Positions 1 to 15,025 of a DNA stretch of 64,000 nucleotides are shown here, in pieces; position 1 is the stretch's first letter; every line of letters begins with the position of its first letter. The notes beneath the pieces were generated by a model. It was not told the DNA's origin, did no database searches, and saw only the letters and a program-made list of their open reading frames with translations. Source of the stretch: Eledone cirrhosa. Lineage: Eukaryota. The position numbers were made by a program, and so were the translations under genes. The stretch lies in assembly GCA_964016885.1 (NCBI GenBank), contig OZ024750.1:21700001-21764000 (forward strand), written 5' to 3'.

Positions 1-396
1 ACGAAAAGTCGCCTCTAAATGATAGGCGTAGATTTGATTCTTGCTCCAGATTAGTTCGCTTCCTTTAGACACCAGTGGAAAGGCTTGAATGCCACTGAAT
101 CTGCCTAAATATTTTAATTTTAAATGAACCAATTTCTCCTGGGTTCACGAATTGAAATGTTTCACTTCAAAACGGCTTACAATATCATTAAGCTACGGCA
201 GAATTACTTGAGTATCGTTAACTGTTTTGGTTCTCTGCGTTTTCAGTTCAAATCACTTCTAGCTCAACTCTCCCTGTCATAAATAACCATTTGTAGGTGG
301 TAAATGGCAGTATTTGTCTCGTCATAAATAACCAAATAAGTTTGAAAAATGTAAAAACAACCCCAATATTTTTCTGCATTCGAAGATTAATAATTC

Positions 397-790
397 TTTC
401 TCCTTTTGGCACAAGGCCAGAAACTATCTCAGTACATTACTGGTACTTTATTTTATCGACCCGGTAAGGATGAAAGGCAAAGTTAACCTCGACGGGATTT
501 GAACCCAGGACGTAAAGGGCCGTAACTCTATACTACAAATCGTGGCGTCCGACCCTCTACCGATACTGCCAATACACCACCCTAAACTAATAATTGTTTC
601 TACTGTTTGGCACAAGTCCAGCAATTATCCCAGTGCATTACTGGTACTTTATTTTATCGATCCCGTAAGCATGAAAGGCAAAGTTAATCTCGGCGGGATT
701 TGAACTCAGACCGCAAATGGACGTAATTCTATGCTGCTGCAAAGCATGGCCTGCGACCCTCTACCGATACTGCCAATCTACCTCCCTGTC
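397..790 (-). mobile_element. Two adjacent tRNA-derived SINE copies (family S1)
   Basis: Reverse complement of the S1 consensus: A-box-like TGGCAGTATCGG, B-box GTTCAAATCCC, central GCCTTTCATCCTTACGGGGTCGATAAAATAAAGTACCAG, 3' GGCCTTGTGCCAAAAGTAGAAACAATTAT. Confidence 0.85.
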
Positions 791-1585
791 GGCTAATAAT
801 GAATTTGTATCTGTATATTTGCAACCGTGACATGTGTAATTTAGGTTTTTCTACACTAAATTCATCTCGGATTTTTCAACATTTAGAAGGGACTACATAT
901 CATTTTAGGGACAACCAATAAGCTATTAAACAATCCTAAAGGAGAATAAAAATATTTTATTTTACGTTTGCGGTATACTCGTACGCTTTTCACCTGAGGC
1001 TGTTATTGAAACTGTAGGTTTTCCTACAATAAGCTTTTCTCAGATTTAATGTTTACTATGAGAGTGCTTGTCTTTTTCAAAATAGCCAATAGGTGGTAGG
1101 ATATGAAACCTGTAAAAACAATATTTTTCTGTGCATGAAGAAAGTTATTGAACTGTTAACTACGTTTTAGTTTGCGCATGTGTTACATTCGGGTGTCTGT
1201 GAAAATGAAAACACACACACACATAGAACAAACAACCAACCAGTAACATGTAAATAAACAAATAAATAAACAAATATAAACACACACAGACACCCGGATG
1301 TAACATGCGCAAACTAAGCACACAACACACACAAAAACAAGATGGCGTAGGACAGAACAAAGGAGAGGCACAAAAGCAAAGAAAAGAATCCCCAGTCACT
1401 GAAGAGGTCACAGAATGTGTGACAAAAGAACATTGACAATATATAAACAATCATCTGGTTGTGGAACCAACCAACCAACCGGAAATTTATAAATTCCTAA
1501 ATTTATAAATTTAATTTATAATAAATTGAAGTGAAAGCAACTGGTGCGTGTGTTTCTTATTGGCAACATGACCCTCCCAAAGCAT

Positions 1586-1632
<47 letters not shown>

Positions 1633-2003
1633 AATACAATAACAGAGAAAGCTTTAAGCTAAACTCTGACTGGTAACCATCTCACTCAACAAACATTAGG
1701 ATATACGTTAGTATAATCCCAATTTTGTGTTTGGGGTGCTAACTATATGTATTTTGTGGAAAGCCAGTTGTATTATTTTATATGAGATATAATTAAAATT
1801 AAAATATATCTCTCTTTCCAAACAATTGTTTCATTATAAGTTTTCTACAAGTTGGGAGAATGTTTCCGGTTTATGTAGAAGCCTAACATATTTTTCTGTA
1901 AGAACATATGCAGGTGGGCACTTATAAATCATCAGTGGATGCCCATTAAACTTTGATATAAGAAAATATTTCTTACCGCAGTTATTTTTCGTGTCCGCAT
2001 CAA

Positions 2004-2039
<36 letters not shown>

Positions 2040-2197
2040 TTTTATTGCAGTTTACGATTTCACAGTTCAACATTTAGTGAAACAAAGTAGTTATTCCTAT
2101 TTTAAATTTATCTCAGGTTTTTCCGGTCTTTATAGTAGGACAATACTTCTATTCTAATGAATATCCAATACACTATGTAAAAACAATCATAGTTCCA

Positions 2198-2285
2198 GAG
2201 CATCTCTCTTACCATCCTCCGGAGAAACGCCTTCTCCATTCTCTCCGCTGGGGATGTGGGGCGGCCATCACATGGGACACCATTT
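2198..2285 (+). mobile_element. 3' end fragment of CRE-like non-LTR retrotransposon
   Basis: Translates (F)QSISLTILRRNAFSILSAG, homologous to FQRVSLAVFRGNAFSLLSAG at 17534-17803. Confidence 0.6.
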
Positions 2286-2692
2286 TCTCACTATACAGAG
2301 AGATGGAGAGGGCGAGAGATGGGGGCAATGACGGTGGGAGTTCGGCTCGTACATGTTTGGACACATTGAACCAGTCAAGAGTGTATTTTCATACTTGTGA
2401 CTTCATAGTTTGTATCCACCCTGATTTTGTACATTATTCTGTGCACGAAGAGAATAACTATATATTTAGTTTATTTATGTCTTCACACCGATGCCTGTTA
2501 TTTAGATATAGATATTCGTACACTTCATTTATCTCAAATTTACCAACAGTTTTGATGTTTATAACTCCTTATAACTGTTATGTTTATATGTAAATATAAA
2601 TAAATAATTAATATATGGGGAAGGTGTACTCTATTGCTGTCTTTACTTCATTCATTTGATATCCACTACTTTGTTTTACTATATATCTTTAG

Positions 2693-2882
2693 CAACCTAA
2701 CGGAGAATGGAACGGTTTGGTGCGAGCCATTCTGGATGAAAAAGCAGACCTTATCATGACGTCAATGAAAATTACACCAGAACGTAGCAAAGCCGTCGAT
2801 TTCACCGTACCGTTTTTGGAAACCGGCATCACCATTATAGTGGCAATTCGAGAAGGAGCTGTCTCACCAACTGCTTTTCTAG
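2693..2882 (+). CDS. Nmdar2: Coding exon of NMDA-type ionotropic glutamate receptor, GluN2/NR2-like (end of S1 ligand-binding segment)
   Basis: Polypyrimidine tract + TAG acceptor (AG 2691-2692). Translates QPNGEWNGLVRAILDEKADLIMTSMKITPERSKAVDFTVPFLETGITIIVAIREGAVSPTAFL, with iGluR motifs WNG, ITPER, VDFTVPFLETG and the NR2-type SPTAFL. Donor G|GTAAAT, phase 1. Exact paralog not determinable. Confidence 0.92.
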
Positions 2883-2975
2883 GTAAATCAATTATTCTGT
2901 CTCTTATATTACAATATCAGACATTTGCATACTTATTCTTTTATTAAATTGTCTTTACTATCCGTTAGGGATATA

Positions 2976-3143
2976 TCGCATTTCCCGGCGCCGAAGAGGT
3001 TTCGTCCTCGAGGACGCACCCTAATTTTGACATCCAAAAATTTGAAAAATAATAATAAACAACCTTCGGCCTCCAGGACGCATGGTAGATTTCTAAAACT
3101 TATTTTAGAAAAAAAGTAGCGTCTTCGACGCCGGGAAATACGG
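2976..3143. mobile_element. Tc1/mariner-pogo-type MITE
   Basis: Imperfect ~24-bp terminal inverted repeats (TCGCATTTCCCGGCGCCGAAGAGG / CGTCTTCGACGCCGGGAAATACGG), TA on both sides, no ORF. Confidence 0.7.
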
Positions 3144-4825
3144 TACATACATTGGTGCCACACCAGTGAGTGTTGAATCTATCATTGATAATGGAAAACT
3201 AGGGATTCTAGGGCCGTTGTTATCGCAACCCATTATGAAAAATCACTAATACTCTGCTTCCTCTTTTTAATATTAAAACAAAAAAAATATTCCTCAGTTT
3301 TTTGTTTACAATAAATGTTGTGTTGTAGCGCTTATGCCTTTTATGTCGATCACGAGAGTTACTCGTTTGTCACTTTACACATTCAGTTGATACTGAATAT
3401 TAAATGTAAAACGAGCCGATTTCAAAACCCTAGTGTGTAATCCTTAGGCCAATTTGCTCGCTCATGTCATATACTAAAAATAAAGACACAAACATTGCAA
3501 CATTCTATGCTTTCTTCTTTATAGACCGAATGCTTGGAAAGGCCTTGGGTGGCAAATCATTATATTTCGAATTCAAGAGTTGCTCTCTCTCTCTTGCCTT
3601 TCTCGGCAAGAATTATCATTAAATTTAATGACCTTTCCCTTCATTACGGGTGTAATTGTAATCGATTACACATTTTATTGTCATTAAATTGTGTTATTCC
3701 CCACTTAACTACAGTTTTGATAACAAAAACCCACATGTAACTTCTCCTGAATCTAGTCGTTTAACCAATTTCGATTCCCAGTCTGATCATAGTAAATTAT
3801 TCCCTTAATTTTTGTTAGTATTTTCGTTTTATTTATTTGGTATTTCAGACGAATAATATTAATGTAGTATCAGTAAAAGCAGATACTAACGTGTATTTGC
3901 TTTTTGGGCAGATTTAATCTGTAGAGAATGAGGGGACTTCCCGAATAAAACACTCGACTTCTCTTATAGCACTCGTTACTATCAGATATTTAGTTTTTAT
4001 GAAACTAATTTTTGCCAACATGGAATACCAAAAACTCTGTTTATATTCCTGTGTTTTTTAACTTTAAATTAATTCCACATCTCCCCATATCATTAATGTT
4101 CCTCATAAAGGCAACAGTTTTACCATATTTTATTTCCTTTTTGTCATAAATCTGAAGGCTTTTAAGGATCAATGGAATCGCTATTATCTTTTTTTTTTTC
4201 CTCTCATAACGGTGGTAATGTTGAATCAGCCAACCTTTACATTCAGGGAAAGCAAATATAACTAAATTGATAGAGTATTGGAACCCACCAGGGAGATTCT
4301 TCGTAGACACTTAAACTGCTAGAAATAGCGATCAAACTGACTACTTGCTGTCAAGCCTGCCAATGTGAAACATTGGAACGAGACGTTAAATAATATATTC
4401 CGTGATATCCCTAAAAGGACAGGTTTGCTCTGGCTGGTCTGCCTTTGATCCTAGCGCTTCTTTGTGAAGAATGACTAGAGTCTAAACAGCAACGATACTA
4501 CAGAGTGGTCATTAATAAGTGACAGCCAAACAAAGACAGCTTCGTTTTGATTGGAACACCTTTGATGTTCAGAGGGCTGTTCTATTGAGGATGACCTGAT
4601 CCGAAATAGCAGCAGCGGTACTGGACCTGCCAAACAACAGAATGGTCAATGCTTAGTTGACTATCATTGTGTGTTGGAACATTACACTAGATTTTCATTT
4701 AGTAAATCTGTGCTACCTCAATTCAGCATGATCAAATGGTTAAGACGTTCGCTTTGCAATCATAATGTTACGTGTTCGATCCCATGGCGTTCAATCTTGA
4801 GCAAGTTATATTTACTATATAATCG

Positions 4826-5040
4826 TTTCTTATATAGGCACAATGCCAGCAAATTCGGGGGAGGGTGAAGTCGAGTAAATCGAATCCCAGTGCGTGACTG
4901 GTACTTTATTTTATCGACCCCGTAAGAATGAAAGGCAGAGTTAACCTCGGCGGGATTTGAACTTAGATCACAAAGGGCCGTAACTCTATGCTGCAAAGCA
5001 TGGCGTCCAACCCTCTGCCGATACTGCCAATCCTCCACCC
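4826..5040 (-). mobile_element. SINE S1 copy
   Basis: Full-length match to the S1 consensus seen elsewhere in the window. Confidence 0.85.
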
Positions 5041-5099
5041 TTTATTTACTATATAATAAGTTCGAAAATAATTAATAAGTAATATAATAAGTTTCGAAA

Positions 5100-5680
5100 A
5101 CCGACGGAGTGATGGATTGTCGCTGTAATTCAAACGTCCAGCCTTGTCACACAGTGTCATTCCAAATCTCCCTGAGAATTATGATAAAGATATATATACG
5201 GTTCTGTGGAATGCTCAGGCATTTGTATGTTAATTTCACGAGCAGGTCGTTCCGTACATTGAACACCTGGAACACTCATCCTCGAAACTGATGATTGTAA
5301 GTATTGTAAGCTAGCAGGTATGTCAATAGTTACACAGTATTTTACATTGTGAAGGTACGTGGCTTTGGGATTAAGTTATTCGGCTCACAATCGAAAGGTC
5401 GTCAGATAGATTCCCGGTAGCGCGTTGTGTCCTTGAGCAAGACACTTTATTGTCACGTTGCTTCAGTCCACTCAGCTGGCAAAAATGACTTGTACCATTA
5501 ATTCAAATGGTCTGATTTGTCATGTTCGGTGTCACGCTGAATCTACCAGAGAACTACGTTAAGGGTACATATGTCTGTGGAATGCTCAGCCACTTGCACG
5601 TTAATTTCACGAGCAGGTTGTTCCGATGATCGCATCAACTGGAACACTCGTCGTCGTAACCGACGGAGCACCAGTTATGT
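5100..5680 (+). mobile_element. Second SINE family (S2): 3' fragment at ~5100-5290 plus full copy at ~5354-5680
   Basis: tRNA-like head, CORE-like TTGTGTCCTTGAGCAAGACACTT, 3' part GTTAATTTCACGAGCAGG. Reverse copies at ~16925-17070, ~43870-44280 (split by an S1 copy) and ~58430-58620. Confidence 0.65.
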
Positions 5681-6134
5681 TACTTATGTTATTTTACATT
5701 AGTCATCTGAATCTATATTCTGCTAGGTGGATTGGTTTATTAAAGCAATAAATACCTCATCTCTCACAGCTATGCAAGCCTGTCAAATCAATACAAATCG
5801 TCTTATTTTCGAATGTTAGAACACCCTATTAACTAGACTAACAGTCATTAAGACTGAAAAGTATTAATGACTAGTTTTTCTACATGGAATAATCTATCCA
5901 TATATCTACATGTTTGGTTAAACTAGACTATAGTATGCTGATAGGGTCTAATTAATCGAAACATGTAAACACCTATCAAACAATTCTTTCTTTAAGTATG
6001 TAAACTAATTTGAAACATTAATTATTATACATATATGTATATATGCTTGTATTCGTGTATGTGTGTATGCATTCATGTGTGTCTGTATGTATATATCCAT
6101 GTATATGTAGGTGTGTGTGTGTATGTGGGGGGGG

Positions 6135-6171
<37 letters not shown>

Positions 6172-6685
6172 GGTCCCCTGCCTTTCGTTTCAATAACCGG
6201 TAAATAGAGACCTAGTTGACAATTAAGAGTCTGAATTTTCCTAAACTGTAATTAGCTTCGTTAGTTTTCTTTCAATCTACAGATGGAAAACTTGACCGTT
6301 ATTTATCCTGCAGACGGCGTCTCCTGGTCATTATAGATGGTGAAGTTATAAAGTAAATCATGTCACTGTACTGATATCAATCTCTTTCAATAATTATACT
6401 TTCAGTGCGTACAATAAGCTCGTTATTAGCCTGGTCAAGTCTGATCAATAGTGAGTTAAACTGATCTGTCCATGTGACAATCAAAAGCGAAATCAAGATC
6501 CAAGGAGCACTTGAGTAAACAGCCTTCCGATAACCTGAAAATCAAAGAATGACATTGATATTGAATATAAGGACCTGACCACTGATGTATGTAACTACAA
6601 AGTACTGCAGTAGAAATAATGATTGTTATAATGAGGATGTGGTCAAGATAATAATTACCAGGATTAAGGGAGACTTTCTATCTGA

Positions 6686-7272
6686 AGTTATTACAATGGA
6701 TTGGCAATATCGGTAGAGAGTCGGACACCATGCTTTGAAGCATAGAGTTACGTCCCTTTACGATCTGAGTTCAAATCCCGCCGAGGTTGACTTTGCCTTT
6801 CATCCTTACGGGGTCGATAAAATAAAGTACCAGTAATGCACTGGGTAATTTGCTGGCCTTGTGCCAAATGTAGAAACAGTTATTACAATGGATTGGCAAT
6901 ATCGGTAGAGAGTCGGACACCATGCTTTGAAGCATAGAGTTACGTCCCTTTATGATCTGAGTTCAAATCCCGCCGAGGTTAACTTTGCCTTTCATCCTTA
7001 CGGGGTCGATAAAATAAAGTACCAGTAATGCACTGGGTAATTTGCTGGCCTTGTGCCAAATGTAGAAACAGTTATTACAATGGATTGGCAATATCGGTAG
7101 AGAGTCGGACACCATGCTTTGAAGCATAGAGTTACGTCCCTTTATGATCTGAGTTCAAATCCCGCCGAGGTTAACTTTGCCTTTCATCCTTACGGGGTGT
7201 CGATAAAATAAAGTACCAGTAATGTACAGAGTAATTGCTGGCCTTGTGCCAAAAGTAGAAACAGTTATTACA
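6686..7272 (+). mobile_element. Head-to-tail triplet of SINE S1 (~190-bp period)
   Basis: Three near-identical copies separated and flanked by AGTTATTACAA. Confidence 0.9.
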
Positions 7273-7770
7273 AAGGTTTCACTGCTATCATAATATTAAA
7301 CAACGAAAGAAATACCACTGTGTCCACATGATAGCATATAACAGGGATGATGTCATCTATGTGTTTGAGTGTGTAAGTGTTTGTGAGAGCATGTATTTCA
7401 GTGTGTGTTCATATGTCTTTATGTTAGAGCATTTGTGAGTTGATGTGTATCTTTCTTTGTATGAATATATCAGTCTATACAGATTTATGTGCTCCCTTAT
7501 TATATTTATTTATGCTTCTATGGACACATTATTGCGTGTATGCATGTAAACCAGTATGTGTATGTATGAGCGCGTGTGTGTGTATTTCTGTGCGCATGCA
7601 AGTATTTCTTAATTAACACACATACATACATAATTTATTAAGGCTGATCGAGTTTTCCCTGCGTGCTACAGGCCCCGCAGGCAGTTAAAACTTATTTAAC
7701 TATTAATCCTTTCTATGGTATTGAGTGCTTATCCTCGATTGAACGGAAATTTGCCATTCTCTATATTTAT

Positions 7771-7823
<53 letters not shown>

Positions 7824-7835
7824 ACACACACACAC

Positions 7836-7877
<42 letters not shown>

Positions 7878-8713
7878 AGATACAGAGGTAGATATACAGA
7901 GTAAAGTTTTACATGATAAATATTGGGAGTAGTTAATTTTCAATCAACCAAATGAAGTCAAATGAAGTCAAATCCTCCCTTGGGGGTATTCGACTGTAGA
8001 AAAAAGGGTGTAAGAAAGAGAATACCTACGATATATGTAGATCAATCTTATTTAAAGACATTTTTTTGTGAATGCAGTAGAGAAGATTTTGTTAAATCTC
8101 CTCTGTATACTCAATAAGAATAGGAAGATCTGCATGTAGAGAGATCATGTAGACAAACCTATTAGTTACGTGAATGTAGGGGTGTCGTATTGGTTATTTA
8201 AACTTGGCGAAACCATCCTTCTCCAGAGCTGAACTCTGCCGATTTCGTTCTAGATAAAGAGAAGGAGATAAAGAGACAAAGAGAAAAAATCAATCTCAGT
8301 TCTAGACTGTAATTTTATCGATCTGGAAATGATCGTAAAGTAATGTTCACTTTGGTAGGTTTTGAAATCGGATAACAGGGAACTAGAACAAATGTCGCAA
8401 TGCGTTCTATCAGACGTTTTAACATCTAATTAGCCATATGATATATAATTTACCTGGTGTTTCAATTATATAAAATTCTGTGATCAATTTGTTAATTTGT
8501 ATTTTTATGGAAGAAGAAAAAGAATCTAATTATAGATTATTTTATAAATATTCCTCCTAGGGGTCTTGAGTAATTTTCGTGAGTAATTTTTAGTGAATTA
8601 TAAACATAGCAAACCTCTCTTTCTTCAGTGTCTATTTAAAATTTCATTTTGATCAAGGTAGTTGGGGATGAGACTGATGCTGAGAGAAACGAGTGAGAAA
8701 TGTTAATAAATAC

Positions 8714-8775
<62 letters not shown>

Positions 8776-10292
8776 GCTGAAAGAGAGATACTACAGAAAG
8801 AAGGAAGAGAGAGAGATATATAGAGATACTGGCAAAACGATAGGGGACAGAGAGCTGCCGACATAGGAAGATACTGATGGAAAGAGAGTCATGAGTACGG
8901 AGACAGAGAAAGAGATTGGTACAAAGAGAGAAATAATGAAAACGAGATGGGTGCAAGGAGAGAGAAAGAGAAAGATGCTGAGAGGATGAGAGAGAAATAC
9001 TAACAAAACGAGGAAAGATGCTGGCAGAAAGAAAGGAGAGAGAGATGGGTACAGAGTTGTATTTGATAAATATTAATCATGTGTAATCACTAAAGTTGCC
9101 TCCGTTGAGACTCACTTTAGCAATAAAGGTCCAACTCACCAACATACATTAACTTTAATCGAATAAAATCTTGACAAACACCTTTTCGTCTACCTAGTAC
9201 AGTCATAAAATGTTCTCCCGCCATTTTCTTCGGTCGTCCTGTAAATAAAGCACCTTGTTCGAGAATCAAATTACTTCTTTCAATCAATACTTTACAGCTA
9301 ATCATAATTTTATAAACAGCATTTTAAAAGGGTCCGACGTGCTCAAGATATTGAAGTCGAGATATTGAAGTTATCGAGCTGGGTGACAAATACATTAATT
9401 TCTTTTCAGAGATAGATTCTAATAACATTTATGAAGACCAGCTTAAGACTGAACTATAAAAGAAATCTTAACTTAACTGTTCAGTTGTCACCATACGAAC
9501 ACCAGGAAATTTGTCAATATACATATATTTGTGATTATACACTCCAACTTAGTGTCATCACATACGTACCCAGAGGAGGATGTATTCAGGTAATTTCTCC
9601 AATATCCAAGCGAGGCAAATTTGCAGAAAACTATAATTCTCCAGTAAGTGTTCAATGAATTTAAACTAGTTTCTCAAACGTAGCAATACAGAATGCAACC
9701 AGTCAAATAACTAACTAGAAGAGAAACATCTCATTCAACCAAATATTTAATTTCATTGTTAAGGAATGCCTGAAAAGCCAGATTCACTCCCTAATTAGGA
9801 ATTTATTTCCCTAAAGGCATTTTCTCATTTCCATCAGCAATATGACAGTTACAGTTCCCATCTAATACAATTTACATTGTGATAATCGACAGTGCTGGAA
9901 AGTAGTAGAAAAGCTTATCTACTGATGATACTTATGTGAATCAGTACTAAACACATATATATGACTTGTGTATGGGTTGTGGCTATACATACATACACGA
10001 ACATGATTTACTTTAAAATAACAGAACAACAAAATAACTAGAAATTTAGATGAGTAAGCGCCCTCGGAATTGTAGGTCAACGCCAACTGGCTTAATTGCC
10101 CTCCCCCTTCTTTATCTAACCCCCTGAACATCAGCATCATCGTCAGGTATTATCCACTCTCAAAAGGTTGTATATTCACTCAATTTGAAGTCTGTCCAAA
10201 TCGTGATATTATATATCCACGAAATGTTCGGTTTACCCCTGCCTAATTTCAAACACATTGTGGCTTCTATTCTGAAATCACTGTCCTCCATA

Positions 10293-10343
<51 letters not shown>

Positions 10344-10666
10344 AACAACAGTCGATCGACTTTCGTCAAATCGGACCGAGGAAACAATGTTTCCATCACT
10401 CTTTCAAATTGCTAATACTATCTATCGGTCGCAAATCCATATATATATATAAATACAGAAACCGGTAATAGACAATAATTAAATATATAAATAGATAAAT
10501 AAATGCCATTGTTAAATAATAAATAAATCAACTAATACCTTAATACTTCACACAAAGTAAAACATTTCGTTTTAATCATTTTCTAACCCAGAAAAAAGAG
10601 AGAGAGAGACAAAAAAAGGGAAAAAAAAAATATTTTTCTTCCTCATAATCGTCTCTTTCTCCCTGT

Positions 10667-10704
<38 letters not shown>

Positions 10705-10823
10705 TAATATAACAGATTAAAGTTTAAGCAAAGAATCGCTGCTTTCACCCTTAACGGGATCTTCTGAAATATATTTTCCTTATCGAGCCCTCTTTGGATT
10801 TTAGTCTTCAATTTTATTATTAT

Positions 10824-10865
<42 letters not shown>

Positions 10866-10871
<6 letters not shown>

Positions 10872-11023
10872 CCAAAGATTAATATGGTTCATTGATTACT
10901 CAATGAATACAGTTTTACAATAGATTAAAAGCACTCAACAAAGGAGTTTTCCTGGAGTTTTTAATATTATTCAAAACTGTATTAATTGAGTAATCAATGA
11001 ACCATATTAATCTTTGGTCATAT
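10866..11023. mobile_element. Short fold-back element (~50-bp inverted arms) next to (TA)n
   Basis: ATATGACCAAAGATTAATATGGTTCATTGATTACTCAAT at the left end and its reverse complement at the right end. Confidence 0.7.
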
Positions 11024-11152
11024 TTAGCTCCCTGAGGGTTGAGCGCTTCTTCTGCAATAGATTTCTAATAAATGATGGAATTCTTCAGGATTTCTATGTG
11101 AATATCTTCATTTGTTAATATTTTGAATAATATATGTATATAAATATATATA

Positions 11153-11183
<31 letters not shown>

Positions 11184-11204
11184 GTGTGTGGGTGTGTGTG
11201 TGTG

Positions 11205-11298
<94 letters not shown>

Positions 11299-11313
11299 CA
11301 TACATATATATAC

Positions 11314-11359
<46 letters not shown>

Positions 11360-11425
11360 ATATATATATATACATATATATACATATACATATATATATA
11401 TATATATATACACACACATATATAT

Positions 11426-11829
11426 CTTCCGGACAACAATTCATCCCCTTCTTTAAGTAGCACTTCAGAAGGAAGGTGAGAGTGGAGAGAGAGGTGCTAC
11501 ACCCCAGTAAATTCACTGAAAAGTGTGTGAATGTGGCGAAAATAGCTCGAGTGAATGGGCCTTCTTTGTATATAAACCTGTAGGTTGAGGAAGATAAACA
11601 GAGGGAAGACGGGAACACCTACAAAACATCTCCTGGTGTTGACGGTTGTTCTAGCCACGGGGTGTAAAACAACCCCGCAGTAACGTTCCCCCCTATTGGG
11701 GATTTCGATTGTTTTATTTTGTATATATTTTATTATCTGCTATTATTGTTAAAGATTTTATGTAAAACCCCTGCCGTCACGTCTTGTAATGTCCCATTTT
11801 TGCACGCCCCTGTGGCAAAAAGAAGAAAT
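11426..11829 (+). mobile_element. Tx1/L1-like retrotransposon 3' end (degenerate ORF2 C-terminus + 3'UTR)
   Basis: [28 protein letters not shown]...[12 protein letters not shown] matches the ORF at 39196-39474; ends AAGAAAT and is followed by ATATCTATCTAT. Clade assignment is inference. Confidence 0.7.
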
Positions 11830-12689
11830 ATATCTATCTATTTATCTCTCTCTCTCTCTCAACATCTTCCTTGCTCTCACTTTCTGTCTTTCAGCATAAG
11901 CCACTCTCTCTATCTGTCAGCATCTTTCTATCCCCTTTACCCATTTCTTTCTGTCAGTATCTCTCTCAAATCGTTCACTTTCTCTTCACTAAAAATAAAT
12001 GAATAAACGATAGGAGTCAAGTCCAATTGTTTTAGTTTTCATTTTTCCCCCATCACAATGCTCTATTAATAAGTTACAGATGAAAAATATATAATATAAC
12101 TATACCAAACAAGTATAGACATTAAAGGAGTCCTGCAGTTTGAGAATAATATCTATCATTATGCACTAGATATCATTTACAATAAAACCCACATAATTTT
12201 TTCTCTTGGCTCGAGGCTGCCGTAGCACTAAATATTTATATCATTACTTCATTCTTTCACAGACAAAAAAATGTTCAGAGGACACACATTATTGATTCAC
12301 CGACGGTGATAATTATTAATAGAATATCTGTCATAATATATCCATTCTGAGTGTTACCTATTTCTACACAAACTATACAGACGTTCTTCCTTCACCACTT
12401 CACGAATTCTAAAACATTCATAGAATATCTTCAATCTTAGGTGATACACACATACGCATTTGCAAAGTTGAGGCCGGAAATGACTATACGATTTATACTA
12501 ATGGCTAAAAACTACCTCCGTATGTTGAGATATTATATTCGAGTGTGTGTGTATATATATCATAGATTTATAGATATGTGTCCGTCTGTCAGAGTGTATA
12601 TATACATAAATATCTATATATATATATATATTTACAATAGTATATATATATATGTATATATATACATATACATATATACATATATATAT

Positions 12690-13216
<527 letters not shown>

Positions 13217-13380
13217 CATTATATATATATATATATATATTTATATATTTACTACACCAAATATATATATACTGTAGTACATATATATATATTTACTACA
13301 GTATATATATATATATATATATTTACTAGAGTATATATATATATATATATTTATTACAGTATATATATATATTTATATTT

Positions 13381-13427
<47 letters not shown>

Positions 13428-13435
13428 CTACAGTA

Positions 13436-13506
<71 letters not shown>

Positions 13507-13540
13507 TATTTATTTACTGCCGTATATATATATAGGAAGA

Positions 13541-13613
<73 letters not shown>

Positions 13614-13654
13614 GAAAAAAGGGGGAAGTTGCGTTTATATATGAAAAATGTTAA

Positions 13655-14872
13655 TTATGTCTCGACCTGTTACGCGCGTTTCGCAGAGGATTGGATCAAG
13701 CTAACTCATAGGGTTTATGTATATGCAGTTATTAGATGCAACATTTTTGGAATGTTTTACATATTTTTACTGTTCCATTAATGGATTGTACTTGTAGTTT
13801 CCTAACTAGTTGTGTTCTTTCTGTTCCTGTGAAGCCTAGCTTCTCAAGATTTGTATTGATGCAGTTACTAACATATCCCAGTGCCCCAATAATCACAGGC
13901 ATGAATCTGAAGGTGTAATCAGAGTGGAGTATCTGCAGATTTCTCATCAGTTCTGCATAAATATTCTCCTTTTCGCTAATCTTTGATATTATATTGGCAT
14001 CTGCTGGGCAGCTAATTTCCACTACTGTGCATGCTTTCTTCTCCCTGTCCCATATCATAATATCTGGTCTATTATGCCTGCATTTTATTGGGGTTTTTAC
14101 TGGAACATTCCACCAGTACTCTTTCATATTATGTACATGGATGTCTTCCACATTGCTGTAGCTTTTAATGTGTTTATAATCGGGGCTATCTTTTTTACGA
14201 ACTGCATTGTACAGTGTTTTGGCCACTACATCATGCCTCATAGGTAGATAGTACCGCGATGACATCTTTGGACAGCTGCTGATGACATGGGTGATATCCT
14301 CGATGTTAGTTCTGCAGAGTCTACACTTGTTATCACATCTAGGTGTTTTTCCTGCATCCCTATCTCTTTTGTGAATCAGGTATTTCGTGTTAATCTCCTG
14401 TTCTTGGGTTGCAAAAGCGTATCCTTCAAAGTGGGAGCCAATATAGCGGTTGTTGGTCCAATATAGACTACTTTCCTTATCTATATTACTCTCACTCTGG
14501 AGCTTCCTGGCATGATATTTTGCTGATAAGCATGCGGTTTTTCATCCATGGGTTCACTGTGATACTGCTGAGCGACTTCTCTGGATGTGAGTTTTTGATT
14601 ATCACACAGGGAATATCTCTCGAGGAGTTCCTTCCCAACTCTCATGATCCTATCTGCTTCATGCAGATAGACTTGCTCTAGTAACGGGCTCCTACGCTTC
14701 GAGGTTCGTAGATGTTGTCGGAGAGATATGATGCGACATTCAAATGTTGTATGGACTGATGTTAGACCTCTGTCACTCTGCTTACGTTTCAAGTAAAGGC
14801 GGTCTATGTCACTGTTGATGTGGAAGTTTCCGGTGTCGTTTAGTATTTTTCGAGTTCCAACATCAACTGCTC
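13655..14872 (-). mobile_element. 5'-truncated, frameshifted R4-clade non-LTR retrotransposon (thumb, CCHC knuckle, restriction-like endonuclease)
   Basis: DIDRLYLKRKQSDRGL; CRLC..EDITHVISSC..RHD; RPDIMIWD..VVEISCP..EKENIY..PVIIGALG. Confidence 0.88.
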
Positions 14873-15025
14873 AGATTTCGTATGTATGTATGTATGCATG
14901 TATGTATGTAGATTTGTGTGTTTTTATCTGTATGTGTATGTATCATGTGTGTACGTATGTAGATAGGTATGTATGTAGGGATGGGTGTATTAATGAATAT
15001 AACAGCGTGGGACTACTATTCACGT

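Noticed and set aside
2883-2947. C-terminal part of the listed ORF 2717-2947 (GKSIILS...)
   Set aside because: Intron read-through past the donor at 2883; homology resumes at 23964.
10345-10400. GAAA followed by palindrome GTCGATCGAC (minus strand) as a hammerhead
   Set aside because: No CUGANGA-type core and the cleavage position would be G.
11050-11100. CTGAAGA...GAAA on the minus strand as a hammerhead
   Set aside because: Stems I and II do not pair.
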